From an uncultured Acidobacteriota bacterium (GTDB lineage Bacteria; Actinomycetota; Acidimicrobiia; Spongiisociales; ZC4RG35): a DNA stretch of 64,000 nucleotides. Where the stretch lies: the NCBI GenBank assembly GCA_963810465.1, contig CAWENM010000003.1, positions 128,259 to 192,258 on the forward strand, written 5' to 3'. Both the position numbers and the translations under genes were made by a program. Below the pieces are notes generated by a model. That model was not told the DNA's origin, ran no database searches, and saw nothing but the letters and a program-made list of their open reading frames with translations. This document shows positions 50,079 to 60,872 of the stretch, piece after piece; positions within the stretch are counted from its first letter, which is position 1; each line of letters opens with the position of its first letter.

Positions 50079-51002
50079 TCAGCCCTTGACAGAGCCGGCG
50101 AGGAGCCCGCGGACGAAGAACCGCTGCAGAGTGATGAACACGATCAAGGGAATGACCATGGAGATGAAGGCCCCTGCGGTGAGCAGGTGCCACGCCGCGC
50201 CCCGGCTTCCCACCAGTTGGGCCAGACTCACAGTCACAACCGCGACATCAGGATTGGTGCCGAGGAAGACCAGCGATACCAGCAAGTCGTTCCAGACCCA
50301 GAGGAACTGGAAGATGGCGAAGGAAGCCAGCGCCGGGTAGGAGAGCGGGATCACCAGCTTCGTGAATGTGGTGAACGGAGTCGCTCCGTCGATGTAGGCC
50401 GACTCGAAGATGTCTTTGGGCAGCTGGGAGATGTAGTTGTAGAGCAGATAGATCGCCAGTGGAAGCCCGAAACCGGCGTGGGCAAGCCAGACGCCGACGA
50501 AGGTGCCAGTCAGGTCATAGTCGCCGTACAGCCTGAGCAGGGGGACCAGCGACATCTGCAGGGGGATGACCAGAAGTCCGACCACAACAGCGAAGAGAAA
50601 GCTGCGGCCGCGGAATCTGGTCCAGGCGAAGGCGTAGGCGGCGAATGCGGCAAGGGTGATAGGAATCACCGTGGCCGGGATGGTGACTATGAGACTGTTG
50701 ACGAACGCCTCGAACATGTCCTCGGAAGTCAGCACCCTCTGGTAATTGGCCAGGGTGTACTGGGTGAAGTCGAAGGGGTGGGCGAACACTGTCCACCAGC
50801 CACTGCTGGACACCTCGACCTCGGGCCGGAATGAGCTGATGAAGACTCCAGCCGTGGGGACCGTCCATGCAATCCCGATGACCAGAACCAGGACCTTCGC
50901 CAGCCATCCGCTCGACTGCCCGCGCTGTGGCGCGGTCGTCGTTGCCGTTGCGGCAGCGTCGCCTGTGAGCGGAGGGAGACCTTCGACTGTCTCTGCGGTC
51001 AT
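50079..51002 (-). CDS. carbohydrate ABC transporter permease (MalG-like)
   Basis: 6 TM helices with EAA loop-like region. Confidence 0.88.
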   Translation of the reverse strand: MTAETVEGLPPLTGDAAATATTTAPQRGQSSGWLAKVLVLVIGIAWTVPTAGVFISSFRPEVEVSSSGWWTVFAHPFDFTQYTLANYQRVLTSEDMFEAFVNSLIVTIPATVIPITLAAFAAYAFAWTRFRGRSFLFAVVVGLLVIPLQMSLVPLLRLYGDYDLTGTFVGVWLAHAGFGLPLAIYLLYNYISQLPKDIFESAYIDGATPFTTFTKLVIPLSYPALASFAIFQFLWVWNDLLVSLVFLGTNPDVAVVTVSLAQLVGSRGAAWHLLTAGAFISMVIPLIVFITLQRFFVRGLLAGSVKG

Positions 51003-52120
51003 GCCCCGATCCCTTGTCTACGAAGATTTCGCACATTTATCACCATGATCGGGATCACGGCCACCAAGAGGATCACGGCGAGTCCGGTGGCGAAGCCGAA
51101 ATTCCGGAATCGGAACATCTCGTTGAACATTCGATTAGCGATCACATCGGTCTCGAAGTTGCCGTTGGTCGTTACGTAGACGATGTCGAAGACCTTGAGC
51201 ACGGCGATCGCGGTGACGGTGAACACCGTGATCACCGACCCTCGTATCGAGGGAAGCACTATGCGGAGGAAGGTTTGAAATTCGCCCGCCCCGTCGATCC
51301 TGGCCGCTTCCATCAACTCCACCGGAACGCCTTTGATCGCGGCGGACAGGATGACCATGGCGAAACCGGTCTGGATCCAGACGAAGGCGACGATGAGAGC
51401 CAGGGTGTTGGTGGGGATCTCCTGGAGCCAGGGGACGGGCTCCCCTCCGAATGCGGTGACGATGGCGTTGAGGATCCCGATTTGTGGCTGTCCCTCGGGC
51501 TTCCACTCGTAGATGAATTTCCAGATGACGGCGACCCCGGCTCCCGAAATGCAGAGCGGGATGAAGATGAAAGACTTGGCCAGAGACTCGCGCTTGACCC
51601 GGTCGACCAGACCGGCGAAGGCCAGACCGATGAGGAGGGCTCCGACCGGCGCCAGGATGAGCCAGATCGCGTTGTTGCGCAATGCGATCTGGAGGGCCGG
51701 ATCGGTGAACGCCTGGACGTAGTTGTAGAGCGGCCCTTCGCCTTCGGGGACCTCGGTGAAGCTCTGGATGATCGTCCCGATTGCAGGCGCCAACAGGAAG
51801 ATGGAGAGCACGACGACTGCCGGTCCGACGAATACGTAGGGGCGGATGACGGTCGTGGCGCGGGCGGGCAGCAGCTCTACCAGCGAGTTGGCGACGACGA
51901 ACAGGGCCCAGATGCCGACCACACCGAGCACAATGCCGATCAGGGCCTGTACCAGCTTGCCGCCAAGGGGCCCCAGCGCGTCGAGCGCGGTCTCGGAGCG
52001 GAGGATCCTCAAGCCGAGCCATATGAGGACGACGACGCCGACTGCGACCGTGAGATCTCGAACGATCGACAACGGTGGTCGACGGTTCGTCTCTAACTGG
52101 GCTTCAACAGCCTCGGGCAA
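50999..52120 (-). CDS. carbohydrate ABC transporter permease (MalF-like)
   Basis: Polytopic, BPD_transp_1 type. Exact start uncertain. Confidence 0.85.
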   Translation of the reverse strand: MPEAVEAQLETNRRPPLSIVRDLTVAVGVVVLIWLGLRILRSETALDALGPLGGKLVQALIGIVLGVVGIWALFVVANSLVELLPARATTVIRPYVFVGPAVVVLSIFLLAPAIGTIIQSFTEVPEGEGPLYNYVQAFTDPALQIALRNNAIWLILAPVGALLIGLAFAGLVDRVKRESLAKSFIFIPLCISGAGVAVIWKFIYEWKPEGQPQIGILNAIVTAFGGEPVPWLQEIPTNTLALIVAFVWIQTGFAMVILSAAIKGVPVELMEAARIDGAGEFQTFLRIVLPSIRGSVITVFTVTAIAVLKVFDIVYVTTNGNFETDVIANRMFNEMFRFRNFGFATGLAVILLVAVIPIMVINVRNLRRQGIGA

Positions 52121-52204
52121 TCGAACTCCTCAAACGCCGGGCACCAAACCTAACAAAAGCGAGGTCCCCGACGTCGCCGCCGGGGACCTCGACTCACCGA
52201 TGGC

Positions 52205-53623
52205 TCAGCTTGCGGGCCAGCCATCCTCGATTGATTGGAATATCTCCTCAGTGCCTTCGCCGTTGGCAGCTACCCAGTCGACCATCCCGGTCCAGAACGA
52301 ACCGGCGCCGACCTCAGCCGGCATCAGGTCACTCGCGTCGAAGCCAAAGGCATCGGCGTTGTTCAGGATCGGCACCAACTCGGTGTTGGGGTACGTGGTG
52401 TACCACTCCTGCGGGACCGACGTGTTCGGGCTGATGAAGCCACCTACTTCGATCCAGGCTTGCGCTCCTTGCGGTGTGGCCAGGTACTCGAGCAGAGCCC
52501 GCACCTCGGGCCGGTCACCATCTGTGAACATGGAGAACATGTCGCCTGCCCCCAGGACCGGGTTGCCAACCGACTCGTCGATACCCGGGAGGTAGAAGAA
52601 CGAGCTCGCTTCCCCGGGCGGGTTCGCCCACGCTTCCCGGTCGGCGACGTCACGGTTCCCCGGCCAGAACTCGGGGATCCACGACGCCTGCTTCTGGAAC
52701 CAGCAGCCTGGTCCGGCAGCATCGAACATCGGGTTGGCGACGTCACGGATGTTGGTGGCATTGATCGCCACGTTCCCACCGTAGACGTAGTCAGGGGCGA
52801 ACCAGATCGACGACATCTCCTCCGCGGCGGCGAGCACCTCGGGAGAGTTGAAGGGGACCTCGTGCTTCCACCACTGGTTGTAGAAGTCGACGCCAGCGGT
52901 CCGCAGGACGATGTCCTCGACCCAGTCGGTGGCGACCCAGCCGTCGGCGGCCTCGGACTCGATCCCGATGCACCATGGGTTGCCATTTCCATCGGCGATG
53001 ATCTGATCGCTGAGAGCGGTCATCTCGTCCCAGGTGGTTGGAATCGCGTAGCCGGCCTCTTCGAACGGTGCTACCGGGTACCACACGATCGACTTGACGT
53101 CGGTCTTGTAGTAGACGCCGTAGACACCGCCGTCGACCTCGGTCAGTTCGACGAAGCCCGGCACCTGCTCCTCTCTGAGCTTGTCGACGTTGAACCAGCT
53201 GCTGATGTCTACCAGTTGGCCGTCCGCCTGGTATGACGCCATCTTGCCCGGCTGGGCAATCTGGGCGAGGTCCGGAGCGTCGTCGCCATCGACCCTCGTC
53301 TGCAGGGCCAGCTCGTAGTCGGGTAGACCCTCGTATTGGACATCGATCCCGGTGGCCTCACGGAAGGGATCGAGGGATGCGTTGAAGTTCTCCAACTCGC
53401 CTTCCACCCACTGGGCCACGATCTCCACCGTGGTTCCCTCGAACTCCCCGGCCAGGGCCTGGTCGAGGTGCTCGTAACCCGTGTCACCGGCGGCCGCTCC
53501 CTCGCCGGTGGTGGCTGTTTCGCCGGCAGTAGTGGTGGCACCTTCACCATCGCCGCCTCCGCAGGCGGCGATCACGATCGCCATCACCATTGCCAGCAAC
53601 AGCCAGTTCCGGTATTTCTTCAT
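52205..53623 (-). CDS. carbohydrate ABC transporter substrate-binding lipoprotein
   Basis: Start at internal ATG MKKYRNWLLLAMVMAIVIAACGGG (lipobox) with GGAGG SD. SBP_bac_1 type. Confidence 0.88.
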   Translation of the reverse strand: MKKYRNWLLLAMVMAIVIAACGGGDGEGATTTAGETATTGEGAAAGDTGYEHLDQALAGEFEGTTVEIVAQWVEGELENFNASLDPFREATGIDVQYEGLPDYELALQTRVDGDDAPDLAQIAQPGKMASYQADGQLVDISSWFNVDKLREEQVPGFVELTEVDGGVYGVYYKTDVKSIVWYPVAPFEEAGYAIPTTWDEMTALSDQIIADGNGNPWCIGIESEAADGWVATDWVEDIVLRTAGVDFYNQWWKHEVPFNSPEVLAAAEEMSSIWFAPDYVYGGNVAINATNIRDVANPMFDAAGPGCWFQKQASWIPEFWPGNRDVADREAWANPPGEASSFFYLPGIDESVGNPVLGAGDMFSMFTDGDRPEVRALLEYLATPQGAQAWIEVGGFISPNTSVPQEWYTTYPNTELVPILNNADAFGFDASDLMPAEVGAGSFWTGMVDWVAANGEGTEEIFQSIEDGWPAS

Positions 53624-53645
53624 ACCGTTCCTCCTTGTTGATTGC

Positions 53646-54601
53646 TCATTGTTTCTGCTTGCTTTCTGCGGGTGACTCCCGCCCTTGAAGAAGATGATTG
53701 GCAGCCAGGACGGCTGCGCCCCGAGGCCCAGGGGGGTCATCGACCCTAGCGAGCACGACTTGCTCCGGTCGTAGCCTTCGGGCGGCGAGATCGGATGCCA
53801 CCCCCCGGCGCCCTACCTGTTCGCGCACTGCCTCGAGGAAGGGGTCGCCCGCCCCGGACACGCCTCCGGCGAGGACGATCACCTCGGTGTCGTAGGTCGC
53901 CGCCAGCCAGATGAGGGCGGTGGTGAGATGGCCGGCAATCCGACCGGCCACTTTCTCGGCGGCGGGATCACCGTCCGAGGCCGCCCCGAAGAGGGCTGTC
54001 GCGGCGGTCCCGTTCACGCCTTTGGGCCATGCCCTCGAGATCGCAGGGCCAGCCGCAACAGCCTCGAGACAACCCCGCTGGCCACATCGGCACATGACGC
54101 CCGATCCGTCGACGACGACATGTCCGATCTCACCTGCCATGCCTCGTGCTCCCCGTAACAACTTGCCCTTCACTACGACGCCGGCCCCGATACCGGTTCC
54201 GATGCTCACGAGCGCGAGGCTCTCTGGGCTCCGCCCTTCGAGGCGAAGACTCTCATTGGCCCCCATGGCGGCGGCGTGGACATCGTTCTCGATGGTCACC
54301 GGTATGCCGAGCGCCGCTTCGATCTCATCTGCCAGGTTGTACGACTTGGCGCCTACGCCGAGGTTCACGGCCATGGCCACCTGACCTGTCGTCGGGTCGA
54401 CTTGACCCGGCACGCCCACACCAATCGCCGCGCAATCGTCGACCTCCAAGGCCGCGAATGCGGCGACGGCAGAGGAGACCATCTGACGGCCACCCTCGAC
54501 TCCTGCCTTTATCTGATGACGACCGATGACATGCCCGTCGAGCCCTACCGCCACGGCTGAGGTAGAAGAGCCGCCGATGTCGATTCCGACGGTGGTCGTC
54601 A
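53646..54601 (-). CDS. ROK-family sugar kinase (putative N-acetylglucosamine kinase)
   Basis: Real start MTTTVGIDIGGSST (track N-terminal extension is Arg-rich artefact). ROK Cys motif CRCGQRGCLE. Confidence 0.8.
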
Positions 54602-55777
54602 TCGCAGCACCACCCCGAGACGATCGACCAAGACGCCCGAAGCAGCACCGGCCAGCACCAGATCCGCACCGATCTGGGTGGCCTCGATCTCGATCAGGTC
54701 GGCCGTGGCCGGCAGGATGCGGCTGCGCATCTCGTTGCGTACCTCTTCGATGAGTATGTCGCTGGCGTTCAGGAGTTCCGGTGCCAGCACCACATGGCCG
54801 ATGTCGAGCGTCGCAACGACGTTGGCCAGGACCATTCCGATGTGGCGGCCGGCCTCGGACAGTGCACGGCGGACCGGCTCGTCGCCGACGAGCCCGGCGA
54901 GGGCGAGTGCATCCCAAGGATGCCGCTCGGGATCGGCGCCGAGGCGACGCAAGATGGCCGGCACGCTGGCGACAGTCTCGAGACACCCGAAGTTCCCACA
55001 GCGGCACTGATCGCCATCGTCCTTCACTCTCACGTGGCCGATCTCACCTGCGGCCGAATGCTCGCCGCGATGAAGGGTTCCATTGAGAACCACCCCGGCG
55101 CCCACGCCGCGGCCGAGCTTGACCAGGATGAGATTGCGATCGGTGGGGCGGCGGCGGAACTCGAACAGGGCCGCCATGGCTGCGTCGTTGGCGATCGAAA
55201 CCGGGATGTCGAACCGTCGTCGTAGCTCGGCGCCGAGATCGAACCCATGCCAGTCGAGGTTCGTGGCCTCGAGGACCGTGCCTTCGGGGTCGATGACACC
55301 GGGAGCACCGACTCCTATGCCGAGGACCGGCGCGGTCGACTTTGCGATCAACGTCTCGATCAGCTGCACGGCCACCTCGTGTGCCTTCTCACCCACCGGG
55401 GTCGTGCTTGCCTGGTCGGCGTCGACACGTTCGTGTATCCGCCCGCTCAGATCCACTAAAGCTCCCCGAAAAGGACGGTGACCTAGATCGATGGCCACGA
55501 TGTCACGTCCTCTCTCGTTGAGGGCGAGGAGGGTTGGTGGCTTGCCACCCGCGGAGGTCCCTTGGCCGAGCTCGCGGAGCAGACCGCTTTCGATCAGCTC
55601 GCCGACAAGACTCGAGACAGCGGCGCGGGAGAGACCGGTCTGGCGGGCAATCTCGGCTCTGCTGGTGGCGCCCTGGTCGGATACCAGTTCGAGGGTGGTG
55701 CGAAGGTTGCTGCGACGTGAGTCGTGACGGGTCGCCTTGGCGTGGCGCCGGTCGCTCTGATTGCCGTCGATAGCCAA
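54599..55777 (-). CDS. ROK-family transcriptional regulator (NagC/XylR type with N-terminal HTH)
   Basis: TTG start with GGAGGAGG SD. Winged HTH (ATSRAEIARQTGLSRAAVSSLVGEL), ROK sugar-binding domain with CRCGNFGCLE. Confidence 0.82.
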   Translation of the reverse strand: MAIDGNQSDRRHAKATRHDSRRSNLRTTLELVSDQGATSRAEIARQTGLSRAAVSSLVGELIESGLLRELGQGTSAGGKPPTLLALNERGRDIVAIDLGHRPFRGALVDLSGRIHERVDADQASTTPVGEKAHEVAVQLIETLIAKSTAPVLGIGVGAPGVIDPEGTVLEATNLDWHGFDLGAELRRRFDIPVSIANDAAMAALFEFRRRPTDRNLILVKLGRGVGAGVVLNGTLHRGEHSAAGEIGHVRVKDDGDQCRCGNFGCLETVASVPAILRRLGADPERHPWDALALAGLVGDEPVRRALSEAGRHIGMVLANVVATLDIGHVVLAPELLNASDILIEEVRNEMRSRILPATADLIEIEATQIGADLVLAGAASGVLVDRLGVVLR

Positions 55778-55829
55778 CCCTTTCCTCCTCCAAAGAAAGT
55801 TAACTGAACTTACAAAGTCTGGAGGGCCC

Positions 55830-57065
55830 GTGTCAAGCCGCAACCGCGCCAGAATGGTCGGGATGGGCACCCCGCATCTCTTGATCCGTCCCGGCAACCC
55901 GGACTTCCTCGATTTGCCCTGGGACCAACCGTTAACGGCTTGGGTTCACGAGCGGCTCGTCGAGATGCCGACCGGGATCCATCGTCATCCGGTGGTCTTC
56001 GTCGAATACGAAGAAGGGGTGTACGTGATCAAGGAATTGCCCAGGAGGCTGGCCAACAGCGAGTACCGGGTGCTCCGGGTACTCGAGGATCGGACGACAC
56101 GGTCGGCCGAAGTCGTGGGTTTGGTGGAGCGGATGTGGCTCGACCCCCACGATGAGCAGTCGGCGGCGGTCATCACCCAATATGCCTCGCACACCTTCCC
56201 CTACCGGCATCTGGTCAGCGGTCCCGGTTTTGGCCCGAGACGAGACCAGATGCTCGATGCGATAGCCGGCTTGCTCGTCGAGCTTCACCTCATCGGCTGC
56301 TTCTGGGGGGATTGCTCGTTGTCGAACCTCCTCTATCGGTACGACGCCGAGGCAATCGAATCGATCATGATCGATGCCGAGACCTCCCGACTCTACGACC
56401 GGCTCTCCGATGGGCAGAGAGCCGAGGATCTGGAGATCATGAAGCTGAACCTCGCCGGTGAGATGGCCGACATCGCCGCAATGACTGGCTTGGACATAGA
56501 CAGGGCCGACTTCACCCTCGGCGAGGACGTCGAAGCCCGGTATCGATCTCTGTGGGACGAACTGACTGAAGAGCTGGTGATCACGAGAGATGAGAGCTAC
56601 CGGATTCGCGAACGGATCGGCCGCCTCAACCAGCTCGGGTTCTCGGTCAACGACGTCGACCTCACCCCAACCGATGAGGGGAGCCTGGTCAGGATGAAGA
56701 TCGAAGTTGGGGGGCGCACCTTTCATTCGGAGCGGCTACGCCAGCAGACCGGCATCGACGCCTCCGAGAATCAGGCCCGGGTCATCCTCAGCGATCTCAA
56801 CTACCACCTCGCCAAGCATGGCTCGGTCTCGGCGTCGGGCAAGAGCGTCGGCACGTTCAAGTGGCTGACCACTTCATTCGAGCCAATGGTTGCCAGGATC
56901 TCTGAGCTACGTCAGGGCAACCCGGTCCAGGGATATTGCGACCTCCTGCACCATCGATTCCGCCTGGCACAACGTCGGGAACAGGACGTGCCCAACGAGG
57001 AAGCATTGGAGGATTGGGTCGCATCGGGCATGCCAGGCTTCGATTTGGCCCATTTGCCTGTCTGA
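55830..57065 (+). CDS. DUF4032-type atypical (RIO/Kdo-like) kinase-fold protein
   Basis: Catalytic-loop-like GDCSLSNLLY and IDAET. Start ambiguous (GTG 55830 or ATG 55854), because the track start overlaps the divergent regulator. Confidence 0.6.
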   Translation: MSSRNRARMVGMGTPHLLIRPGNPDFLDLPWDQPLTAWVHERLVEMPTGIHRHPVVFVEYEEGVYVIKELPRRLANSEYRVLRVLEDRTTRSAEVVGLVERMWLDPHDEQSAAVITQYASHTFPYRHLVSGPGFGPRRDQMLDAIAGLLVELHLIGCFWGDCSLSNLLYRYDAEAIESIMIDAETSRLYDRLSDGQRAEDLEIMKLNLAGEMADIAAMTGLDIDRADFTLGEDVEARYRSLWDELTEELVITRDESYRIRERIGRLNQLGFSVNDVDLTPTDEGSLVRMKIEVGGRTFHSERLRQQTGIDASENQARVILSDLNYHLAKHGSVSASGKSVGTFKWLTTSFEPMVARISELRQGNPVQGYCDLLHHRFRLAQRREQDVPNEEALEDWVASGMPGFDLAHLPV

Positions 57066-57132
57066 CTTCTCCCCAGGGCGGAGAATTTCCGCTAGGTTCA
57101 CGGCGGCGGCCGCAGATGAGGGAGTATCACAC

Positions 57133-58362
57133 ATGGCTCGGATCACGATGGAGGGTCTTGGGAAGATCTACGAGGACGGCACCAGGGCGGTAGGTGACCT
57201 CGACCTCGAGATCGAGGATGGCGAGTTCCTCGTGCTGGTGGGCCCGTCCGGATGCGGCAAGTCGACCGTCCTCAGGATGATCGCGGGTCTCGAAGACATC
57301 ACCGAGGGCAAGATGATGATCGGTGACAAGGTGGTCAACGACGTCGCTCCCAAAGACCGCGACATCGCCATGGTGTTCCAGAACTACGCCCTCTATCCCC
57401 ACATGTCGGTCTACGACAACATGGCCTTCGGTCTCAAGCTCAGGAAGTTCTCCAAGGATGAGATCCAGCGCCGGGTCCATGAGGCGGCGGACATCCTCGA
57501 GATCCGCGAGTACCTGCAGCGCAAGCCGAAAGCTCTGTCCGGTGGCCAGAGGCAGCGTGTTGCCATGGGTCGGGCGATCGTGCGCGAGCCCGCAGCCTTC
57601 CTCATGGACGAGCCCCTGTCCAACCTCGACGCCAAGCTGAGAGTCCAGATGCGCGCCGAGTTGGAGCGTCTCCACAGCCGTCTCGAGACGACCACGGTGT
57701 ACGTCACCCATGACCAGGTCGAGGCCATGACCCTGGGTGATCGTGTCGCCGTGCTTCGACCTGTTTCATCGGCACGGCCCTGGAACCTGCAGCAGGTGGG
57801 CCGGCCGACTGATCTCTTCGACCACCCGGACAATCTGTTCGTCGCCGGTTTCATCGGCAGCCCGGCCATGAACCTCAGCTACGGGAAGTTGGAGAACCGC
57901 GGGGAGGCGGTCTGGGTGATCTTGCCCAACGCGGAACTGAAGGTCGATCCCCGAGCCCTCGAATCCCACCCCGGCATCGAGAACCGGATGGGTGAGGAAC
58001 TAGTCGTGGGGGTCCGGCCTAACTCTCTCGAGGCTGCCGCGGTCAAGGGACCGGACCCGGACCGGACGCTGAATGCGAGGGTCGAGGTGACCGAGATGCT
58101 CGGCGCCGAGACCTACGTCCACTTCACTGTGGACCGGCCACCGGTGGTCACTCCGGACATCGAAGAGCTCCTGGCGGACACCGGGCAGGACGCCTCATCG
58201 CTCGGCGACACCACCAACTTCATCGCCAGGGTCAGCCCGGATGCCCGGGTGTCGAGAGGCGATGACATCGCCCTGATCGTCGACACCGCCAAACTCCACT
58301 TCTTCGACCCGAAGAGCGGGCTCAGGGTCGGCTCGGAACAGAAGGTAGGCGCCAGCGTCTGA
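57133..58362 (+). CDS. msiK: sugar ABC transporter ATP-binding protein (MsiK/MalK-like)
   Basis: Walker A GPSGCGKST, LSGGQRQRVAMGRA, Walker B FLMDEPLSNLD, C-terminal TOBE domain. Start ATG MARITMEG. Confidence 0.9.
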   Translation: MARITMEGLGKIYEDGTRAVGDLDLEIEDGEFLVLVGPSGCGKSTVLRMIAGLEDITEGKMMIGDKVVNDVAPKDRDIAMVFQNYALYPHMSVYDNMAFGLKLRKFSKDEIQRRVHEAADILEIREYLQRKPKALSGGQRQRVAMGRAIVREPAAFLMDEPLSNLDAKLRVQMRAELERLHSRLETTTVYVTHDQVEAMTLGDRVAVLRPVSSARPWNLQQVGRPTDLFDHPDNLFVAGFIGSPAMNLSYGKLENRGEAVWVILPNAELKVDPRALESHPGIENRMGEELVVGVRPNSLEAAAVKGPDPDRTLNARVEVTEMLGAETYVHFTVDRPPVVTPDIEELLADTGQDASSLGDTTNFIARVSPDARVSRGDDIALIVDTAKLHFFDPKSGLRVGSEQKVGASV

Positions 58363-58381
58363 CCAGCAGGCTTCTCCGGGT

Positions 58382-59753
58382 CGTCTGAGCGAGAACACGG
58401 AATCCAGCGCGAGCTTTCCCGACGATTTCGCCTGGGGCGTTGGCACCTCCGCGTTTCAGATCGAGGGGGCCCGCCACGAGCACGGCAAGGGCGACTCGAT
58501 ATGGGATCGCTTCTCCGACCTGGGGCGCCTGCGGGACCCCGGTGATGTCGCCTGTGACCACTTCCATCGGATGGGAGAGGATCTCGACCTGCTCGCCGAC
58601 CTCGGGGTCTCTGCCTACCGATTCTCGGTCTCGTGGCCGCGGGTCATCCCCGACGGCGATGGAAGGGTGAATCAGGCCGGTCTCGATTTCTATCGGCGTC
58701 TCGTCGCCGGGTTGCGGGCCCGAGGGATCGCGCCCTACGTGACGTTGTATCACTGGGACCTGCCCCAAGCACTGCAGGACAAAGGTGGATGGGCCTCGCG
58801 GAGCACCGTCGACGCCTTCGCCCGTTATGCCTGCGTGGTGGCCGGCGCCCTTGGTGAGCACGCAACTCATTGGATAACCCAGAACGAGCCCTGGATCACG
58901 ACGATGCTTGGGCACCGGGACGGATTATTCGCTCCCGGCGTCTCCGATTGGCCTACTGCCACAACCGTTGGCCACCACCTCCTGTTGTCGCACGGACACG
59001 CGGTGGAAGAGATACGCGGTGTGGTTCCGGACGCGACCGATGGGGATCGGGATCGATTGCCGTCCGGCGGAGCCCGCCTCGGATTCTGACGAGGATCTGG
59101 CCGCAACCCGCTACTACGACGGCACCCGCAACCGTTGGTTCTTCGACCCGGTATTCGGCCGTGGCTATCCCGATGACGTGATGAGGGTCTATGTGGATCG
59201 GGGTCGAATCGGCCCCGGGGTCATCGCAAAGGGTGACATGGAGACGATCGCGATTCCTATCGACTTCCTGGGGCTCAACTACTACACGACCGTGACCATC
59301 GCAGCTGGTGACGACGACCCGGCCGAATCGGGCCCACCGCCGAGCAACGATCCCCGACCGGGTTACACCGATATGGGATGGAAAGTAGACCCCAACGGGC
59401 TGACCCGCTACCTCCGGCATTTGAACGACACGTACGCACCAGCCTCGATCCTCATCACCGAGAACGGCGCCAGCTATTCCGACGGGCCAGACGCGAGTGG
59501 TGTCATTGACGACCGCCGACGTATCGACTACCTGAGATCGCACGTGACGGCCATAGCCGAGGCCCGAGCCGAAAAGGTGCCGGTCGACGGCTACTTCGTG
59601 TGGAGCTTCATGGACAACCTGGAATGGGTCGAAGGGTTCTCCCAGAAGTTCGGCCTGGTCTGGGTCGATCGCGAGACGCTGGACCGAACACCAAAGCGGA
59701 GCTTCGACTGGTATCGAGGTGTGGCGACCACGGGTACGTTGGCCAACTCATGA
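58382..59753 (+). pseudogene. GH1 beta-glucosidase, frameshifted (or sequencing error) with no canonical start
   Basis: N-terminal half (FPDDFAWGVGTSAFQIEG...ITQNEPW...) is in one frame, ending at 59089. C-terminal half (GIGID...ITENG...) is in another frame from about 59035. Shift maps to the G-run near 59040. No ATG/GTG/TTG upstream of FPDDF in frame. Confidence 0.7.
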
Positions 59754-60490
59754 CGAGGACCATGACCTGTGACTGTGAGGCTGTGATCTCCGCCGAGGAC
59801 ACCGAGTCTCTGATCGGCCCGGTGACGGCCCACTTCGACGAGGCACATCCCGAGTTCGAAGAGACCCTTGCCACTATCCGGAACTATCTCGAGTCCGAGG
59901 ATCGCTCCACCGGTCCCACTGAGAGGCTGGCGACTATTGGTGAGGTGGAGATCCTCCCGATGGGCCTGGATTCGGCGACGGATGCGGTCGAGTTCTTCGA
60001 CACCGATGCTTTTCCCGACAACCCGTGGTGGGGTGCCTGCTATTGCATGTTCTACCCACGGGGCGGAAGGACCACTGAGAACTGGGGCCAGGAGCCCTGG
60101 CAGGAGAATCGGGACGATCAACTTCACCGGATAGAGACCGGGAAGACGACCGGAATGCTGGCATGGTCAGAGGGCAAGGTGATCGGGTGGTGCAACGCGA
60201 CCCCACGGGGGGAGCTTCCGGGCCTGGCCACCGGTCAGGATGAGGGAGTTGTCTCCATCGTTTGCTTCGTCATCGCCCCTTCGCACCGAGGGCACGGTGT
60301 CGCCACCCGCCTGCTCGACGGAGTGGTGACGCCACTTCACCGACAATGGATTCCGGCGGCTCGAGGCCTACCCGGTCAGGGAGGCAAAGGACGAAGCGAG
60401 GGCGTTCCACGGGACACTCGATTTGTTCTCGCGTTTCGGCTTCGAGGTGACATCCGAGGAGCCGTTGGTAGTCGGAAGGGACCTGGGATG
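59750..60490 (+). pseudogene. GNAT-family N-acetyltransferase, frameshifted near 60325
   Basis: N-terminal 190 aa (…WGACYCMFY…GWCNATP…VCFVIAPSHRGHGVATRLLDGVV) in one frame. The GNAT C-terminus (RHFTDNGFRRLEAYPVREAKDEARAFHGTLDLFSRFGFEV) sits in the +2 frame. Confidence 0.6.
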
Positions 60491-60844
60491 AGTGAGCGGC
60501 TCGACGACTGGATGGAGGCCTACATCGAGGCCTGGACCACCAACGAGGACCACGACATCATGGCCCTGTTCACCCCGGAAGCGGTCTACGACCCTCAGAC
60601 GGCACACGGTGAACAGCACGGCCACGCCGAGATAGTCGACTGGTGGCAGGAAGTAGGCGATGACCCCGACGACTGGGATTTCGAATGGCTGCCACTCGTG
60701 GAGACCGACGACATGGCGGTGATCACCGGCACCACTCGTTACCTCGACCCGCCGACAAGTTATAGAAACCTATTTGTGATCAGATTCGACGAAGACGGGC
60801 GGTGCACCGACTTCACCGAGTGGTATATCGAGGAAGAGTCTTGA
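60488..60844 (+). CDS. SnoaL/NTF2-like small protein
   Basis: 118 aa MSERLDDWMEAYIEAWTTNEDHD... ATGA coupling to the upstream gene. Confidence 0.6.
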   Translation: MSERLDDWMEAYIEAWTTNEDHDIMALFTPEAVYDPQTAHGEQHGHAEIVDWWQEVGDDPDDWDFEWLPLVETDDMAVITGTTRYLDPPTSYRNLFVIRFDEDGRCTDFTEWYIEEES

Positions 60845-60872
60845 GTGGTGGGTTCTGGGTTCTGAGTCCGGA

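Noticed and set aside
57066-57132. Possible msiK RNA motif upstream of the msiK-like ATPase
   Set aside because: Only a weak 5-bp hairpin (GCGGA-GAATT-TCCGC) is visible. That is insufficient to call the Rfam msiK motif by eye.
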